In this document: positions 45,532-48,247 of the stretch, one piece after another
How positions within the stretch are numbered: position 1 is the first letter of the stretch
How the letters are laid out: every line of letters starts with the position of its first letter
Origin: Microbacterium sp.
GTDB taxonomy: Bacteria > Actinomycetota > Actinomycetes > Actinomycetales > Microbacteriaceae
Assembly (NCBI GenBank): GCA_035274105.1
Contig: DATEOM010000412.1
Coordinates: 1 to 48,247, forward strand
Length of the DNA: 48,247 nt
Direction: 5' to 3'
Made by a program: the position numbers and the translations under genes
Notes under the pieces: generated by a model
Database searches by the model: none
Told to the model about the DNA's origin: nothing
Seen by the model: only the letters and a program-made list of their open reading frames with translations

Positions 45532-47127
45532 ATGTCTTCCACCCCCACCGTCGCCATCGTCGGCTCCGGCCCGATCGGCTCCGCGTACGCCCGCGTCATC
45601 CTCGAGGCGAGCCCCGACGCCCGCGTCGTGATGTTCGAGGCAGGCCCGCAGCTCACCGCGATCCCCGGTGAAAGTGTCCGCAACATCGCCGACCCCGACG
45701 AGAAGGCCCGTGCCCGCGAGATGTCGCAGGGTCCGCAGTCGGGCGCGTTCCGCGAGAGCCTCGGCATCCCCGCCGGTGTCGTCGTCGAGGGCATGTTCAC
45801 CGCGCGGCAGGGCACGCACCTGCTCGACTTCGGCGGGCCGGGTTCGGCGCACGCCGCCACGTTCCCCGCGGCGGCTGCCGCGACGAACGTCGGCGGTCAG
45901 GGTGCGCACTGGACCTGCGCCACGCCGTCGCCCGCGTTCAGCGAGAAGATCTCGTTCATCGATGACGGCGAGTGGGACGATCTCATCGCCGAGGCGAAGC
46001 GGCTGCTGCACGTCCAGGACGCGGCGTTCGCAGACTCCGCGGTGGGAGCGTCCATCCGTTCGCTGCTCGACGAGGAGTTCAGTGCCGAACTGCCGGCGGG
46101 GTACGGCCCTGGAACGCTGCCGGTCGCCGGCGACCCGCAACCGGATGGCACGATGCGCTGGTCCGGCGCCGACGTCGTTCTCGGGCCGCTCATCGAGGCC
46201 GGACACCCGTTGGCGGACCGCTTCGAACTACGTGATCTCACCCTCGTGCGACGCATCGAGCGCGACGGTGACAGGGTCACGGGCGTGACGGTCGAGGATC
46301 TGCGCACGAACGAGACGTCGTTCGTATCGGCGGACCTGGTGGTCGTCGCCGCCGACGCGTTCCGGACTCCCCAGCTGCTGTGGGCGTCGGGCATCCGTCC
46401 GGCGGCTCTCGGTCGGTACTTGACCGAGCATCCGGTCGTCATCTCGACGGTCGCTCTGGACGCTTCCCGCATGAGGCGGTTCGCGACGGAAGAGGAGCTC
46501 GACGCCGAGCTGGCGCGGCGCGCGGTGAACGCGGCGGATCCGGTCGCCGCGGTGAACCGTATCCCGTTCTCGGAGCCCGACCATCCCTTCAGCCTGCAGG
46601 TGATGTACTCCGAGAACACGCCGTTCCCGCTCCCCGAGGACTCGCCGTTCGCGGGGAACCGGTGGGGATTCGTCAACATGGGGTATGGCATGCGGAAGCT
46701 CCCGCGCGTCGAGGACGGAGTGTCGTTCGACGACTCCGAGGCGGACTATCGCGGGTTCCCCAACATGACGATCGAGTACGCGCTCACCGACGTCGAGGAG
46801 ACCGAGATCGCCACAGCGATCGAGCGCCTCCGGCGAGCGGGCGACGTCCTGGGCACCTTCGTCGCGGAGCCGCGGCTGCTTCCCAACGGCTCGAGCCTGC
46901 ACTACATGGGCACGGTCCGCATCGGTCAGATCGATGACGGAACGTCGGTCGCCGACCCGTGGTCGCGGGTGTGGGGCGTCGACGGTCTCGTCGTCGGCGG
47001 GAACGGCACGATCCCCACCGCCAATGCGATGAACCCGACGCTCATGAGCGTCGCGATCGCCGTCCGCGGCGCCCGCAAGCTCGTCGAGGAGCTGGCAGCC
47101 GCACGTGTCGAGGAGGTCGCGCGCTAG
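45532..47127 (+). CDS. Second GMC/pyranose-oxidase-type glycoside oxidase (CarA paralogue)
   Basis: GSGPIG, NVGGQGAHWTCA, ADAFRTPQLLWASGIRP, SLHYMGTVRIG, MNPTLM. Collinear with the 24902 gene. Confidence 0.85.
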   Translation: MSSTPTVAIVGSGPIGSAYARVILEASPDARVVMFEAGPQLTAIPGESVRNIADPDEKARAREMSQGPQSGAFRESLGIPAGVVVEGMFTARQGTHLLDFGGPGSAHAATFPAAAAATNVGGQGAHWTCATPSPAFSEKISFIDDGEWDDLIAEAKRLLHVQDAAFADSAVGASIRSLLDEEFSAELPAGYGPGTLPVAGDPQPDGTMRWSGADVVLGPLIEAGHPLADRFELRDLTLVRRIERDGDRVTGVTVEDLRTNETSFVSADLVVVAADAFRTPQLLWASGIRPAALGRYLTEHPVVISTVALDASRMRRFATEEELDAELARRAVNAADPVAAVNRIPFSEPDHPFSLQVMYSENTPFPLPEDSPFAGNRWGFVNMGYGMRKLPRVEDGVSFDDSEADYRGFPNMTIEYALTDVEETEIATAIERLRRAGDVLGTFVAEPRLLPNGSSLHYMGTVRIGQIDDGTSVADPWSRVWGVDGLVVGGNGTIPTANAMNPTLMSVAIAVRGARKLVEELAAARVEEVAR

Positions 47128-47143
47128 GGGGTGCCGGCCCTGC

Positions 47144-47237
47144 CCTGCCGACCTCCGCGGCCCAACTCCTCAGATCCGGTGTCTCTCCCTGCCGGGAGGC
47201 GTCGGCAGGTGCCCGTCCACCTCGATTCGAAGGAGTT
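47144..47237. repeat. Overlapping imperfect inverted repeats between convergent genes
   Basis: CCTGCCGAC (47144) pairs with GTCGGCAGG (47201); AACTCCT (47164) pairs with AGGAGTT (47231). Confidence 0.4.
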
Positions 47238-47251
47238 CGTGCCGCGCGTCG

Positions 47252-48019
47252 TCAGACGCCGGCGATGCGGTCGGCCATGAACTTGGCCCCGGCCGACGAC
47301 GTCGCACCGCCGTCGACGGGGATCTCCGCTCCGGTGAGATACGACGCGGCGTCCGACAGCAGGAACGCGACCGCCTCGGCGACCTCGTCCGCCTGCCCGA
47401 GGCGGTCCAGCGGGGTCAGGGCGAGCTGCGCCGCGCGCATCGCCTCGGGTGCGTTCGCGGTCATCGGCGTCTCGATGAAGCCGGGGTGCACGACGTTGAC
47501 ACGGATGCCTCGCGCCCCGAGCTCCGTCGCCGCGACATGGGTGAGGCCGCGCAGCCCCCACTTCGATGTCGTGTACGCCACGGGGTAGTGCGCATTGAGC
47601 GCCGCCGACGAGCCGATGTTCACGATCGACGAGCCCGGGCCCATGAGAGGCGCGAGCGCCCGGATGCCGAGCATCGGTCCGGTGAGGTTGACCGCGAGCA
47701 CGCGATCCCAATCCGCACGCTCGAGGGCGCCGAGCCGGGCGCGGTGCGTGATGCCGGCGTTGTTCACGAGACCGCGGAGCGGTTCGCCGTCGAGCACTTC
47801 CGTCAGGGAGGCGGCGAGAGCCGTCCAGTCGCGCTCGTCCGACACGTCGAGCCGCCGGTACTCGACGCCCCCGCTGGCGGCGGTGGCGGCATCCATCACA
47901 TCCGTGGCGATGACGCGTGCTCCCGCTTCTGCGAGTATGCGCGCCTCGGCGGCGCCCTGGCCGCCTCCCGCCCCGGTGACGACGATCGTGCGTCCTTCGA
48001 GCCCCGGATACCTGGTCAT
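47252..48019 (-). CDS. Short-chain dehydrogenase/reductase
   Basis: TGAGGGQG, NNAG, NIGS, YTTSK, PGFIETPM, VDGG. Confidence 0.9.
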   Translation of the reverse strand: MTRYPGLEGRTIVVTGAGGGQGAAEARILAEAGARVIATDVMDAATAASGGVEYRRLDVSDERDWTALAASLTEVLDGEPLRGLVNNAGITHRARLGALERADWDRVLAVNLTGPMLGIRALAPLMGPGSSIVNIGSSAALNAHYPVAYTTSKWGLRGLTHVAATELGARGIRVNVVHPGFIETPMTANAPEAMRAAQLALTPLDRLGQADEVAEAVAFLLSDAASYLTGAEIPVDGGATSSAGAKFMADRIAGV

Positions 48020-48126
48020 GGACGCGACGCTGGCCCGCCGTCCCGCCGGCGGGAACCGGCATCCGCTGATGCCGCGCATCGGAATCCCCGAACCCGCGCC
48101 GGCCCCTCGCGCGCGAGGATGAGCAC

Positions 48127-48247
48127 ATGGAATCCTCGCCGCTCGTACCCGCGCGGCTCTTCTCGTGCGCGGGTCAGGCCGCCGTGGTCACGGGGGCCGC
48201 GACCGGCATCGGGCGCGCGGCTGCCGAGGCGCTCGCCGCAGCGGGTG
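48127..48247 (+). CDS. Short-chain dehydrogenase/reductase, 5-prime part (runs off the window)
   Basis: MESSPLVPARLFSCAGQAAVVTGAATGIGRAAAEALAAAG, containing the TGxxxGIG motif. Confidence 0.75.
   Translation, partial: MESSPLVPARLFSCAGQAAVVTGAATGIGRAAAEALAAAG

Noticed and set aside
44035-47127. 1030-aa ORF suggesting an MFS-oxidase fusion
   Set aside because: The first half is an off-frame shadow of the MFS. The MFS stops at 45514 and the oxidase has its own GAGG RBS and ATG at 45532. The same artefact explains the long N-termini of ORFs 23158, 26609, 27556, 29306, 36055, 37837, 40445, 40927 and 42636.
9391-47127. Possible secondary-metabolite biosynthetic cluster (P450, SnoaL-like, cyclase, epimerase, MFS)
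   Set aside because: No PKS, NRPS, terpene synthase, RiPP precursor or glycosyltransferase. Importers, glycosidases and ring-cleavage enzymes point to catabolism.

Overview
High-GC actinobacterial DNA, most likely Microbacteriaceae (Microbacterium-like, inferred from protein similarity and repeat style). The left end (1-4.1 kb) holds beta-ketoadipate/C1 housekeeping genes: thiolase, PcaR-like IclR, purU and an acyl-CoA thioesterase. From about 4.4 kb to the window end is a roughly 43-kb catabolic island that looks dedicated to plant aryl C-/O-glycosides (flavonoid-type). It encodes: (i) two pyranose-oxidase-type glycoside 3-oxidases (CarA-like); (ii) five C-glycoside deglycosidase (CarB/CarC, DgpB/C-like) units, two as split alpha/beta pairs and three as single-chain beta-alpha fusions, one of which lacks the usual catalytic residues; (iii) enzymes that trim sugar decorations (GH43, GH106 rhamnosidase, family IV esterase), a sugar ABC importer and an MFS pump; (iv) candidate enzymes for the released keto-sugar (Gfo/Idh/MocA, TIM-barrel isomerases, ThuA-like); (v) a CYP199A-like P450/ferredoxin/reductase module with an altered pocket; and (vi) an fde-like aglycone ring-cleavage operon (VOC dioxygenase, FAD monooxygenase, cyclase, amidohydrolase, two FAH proteins). 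Two candidate regulatory codes are visible in the DNA. A 23-bp palindrome CTTWTGT-N9-ACAWAAG lies upstream of most operons (candidate ROK operator), and nod-box-like AT-N11-AT pairs 31 bp apart lie in two promoters (candidate NodD/FdeR-like LysR sites). Also seen: a 24-bp repeat sitting inside protein-coding genes, three gene remnants, and a strongly over-represented 8-mer CGGATGCY. All family calls come from motif recognition, not database searches.
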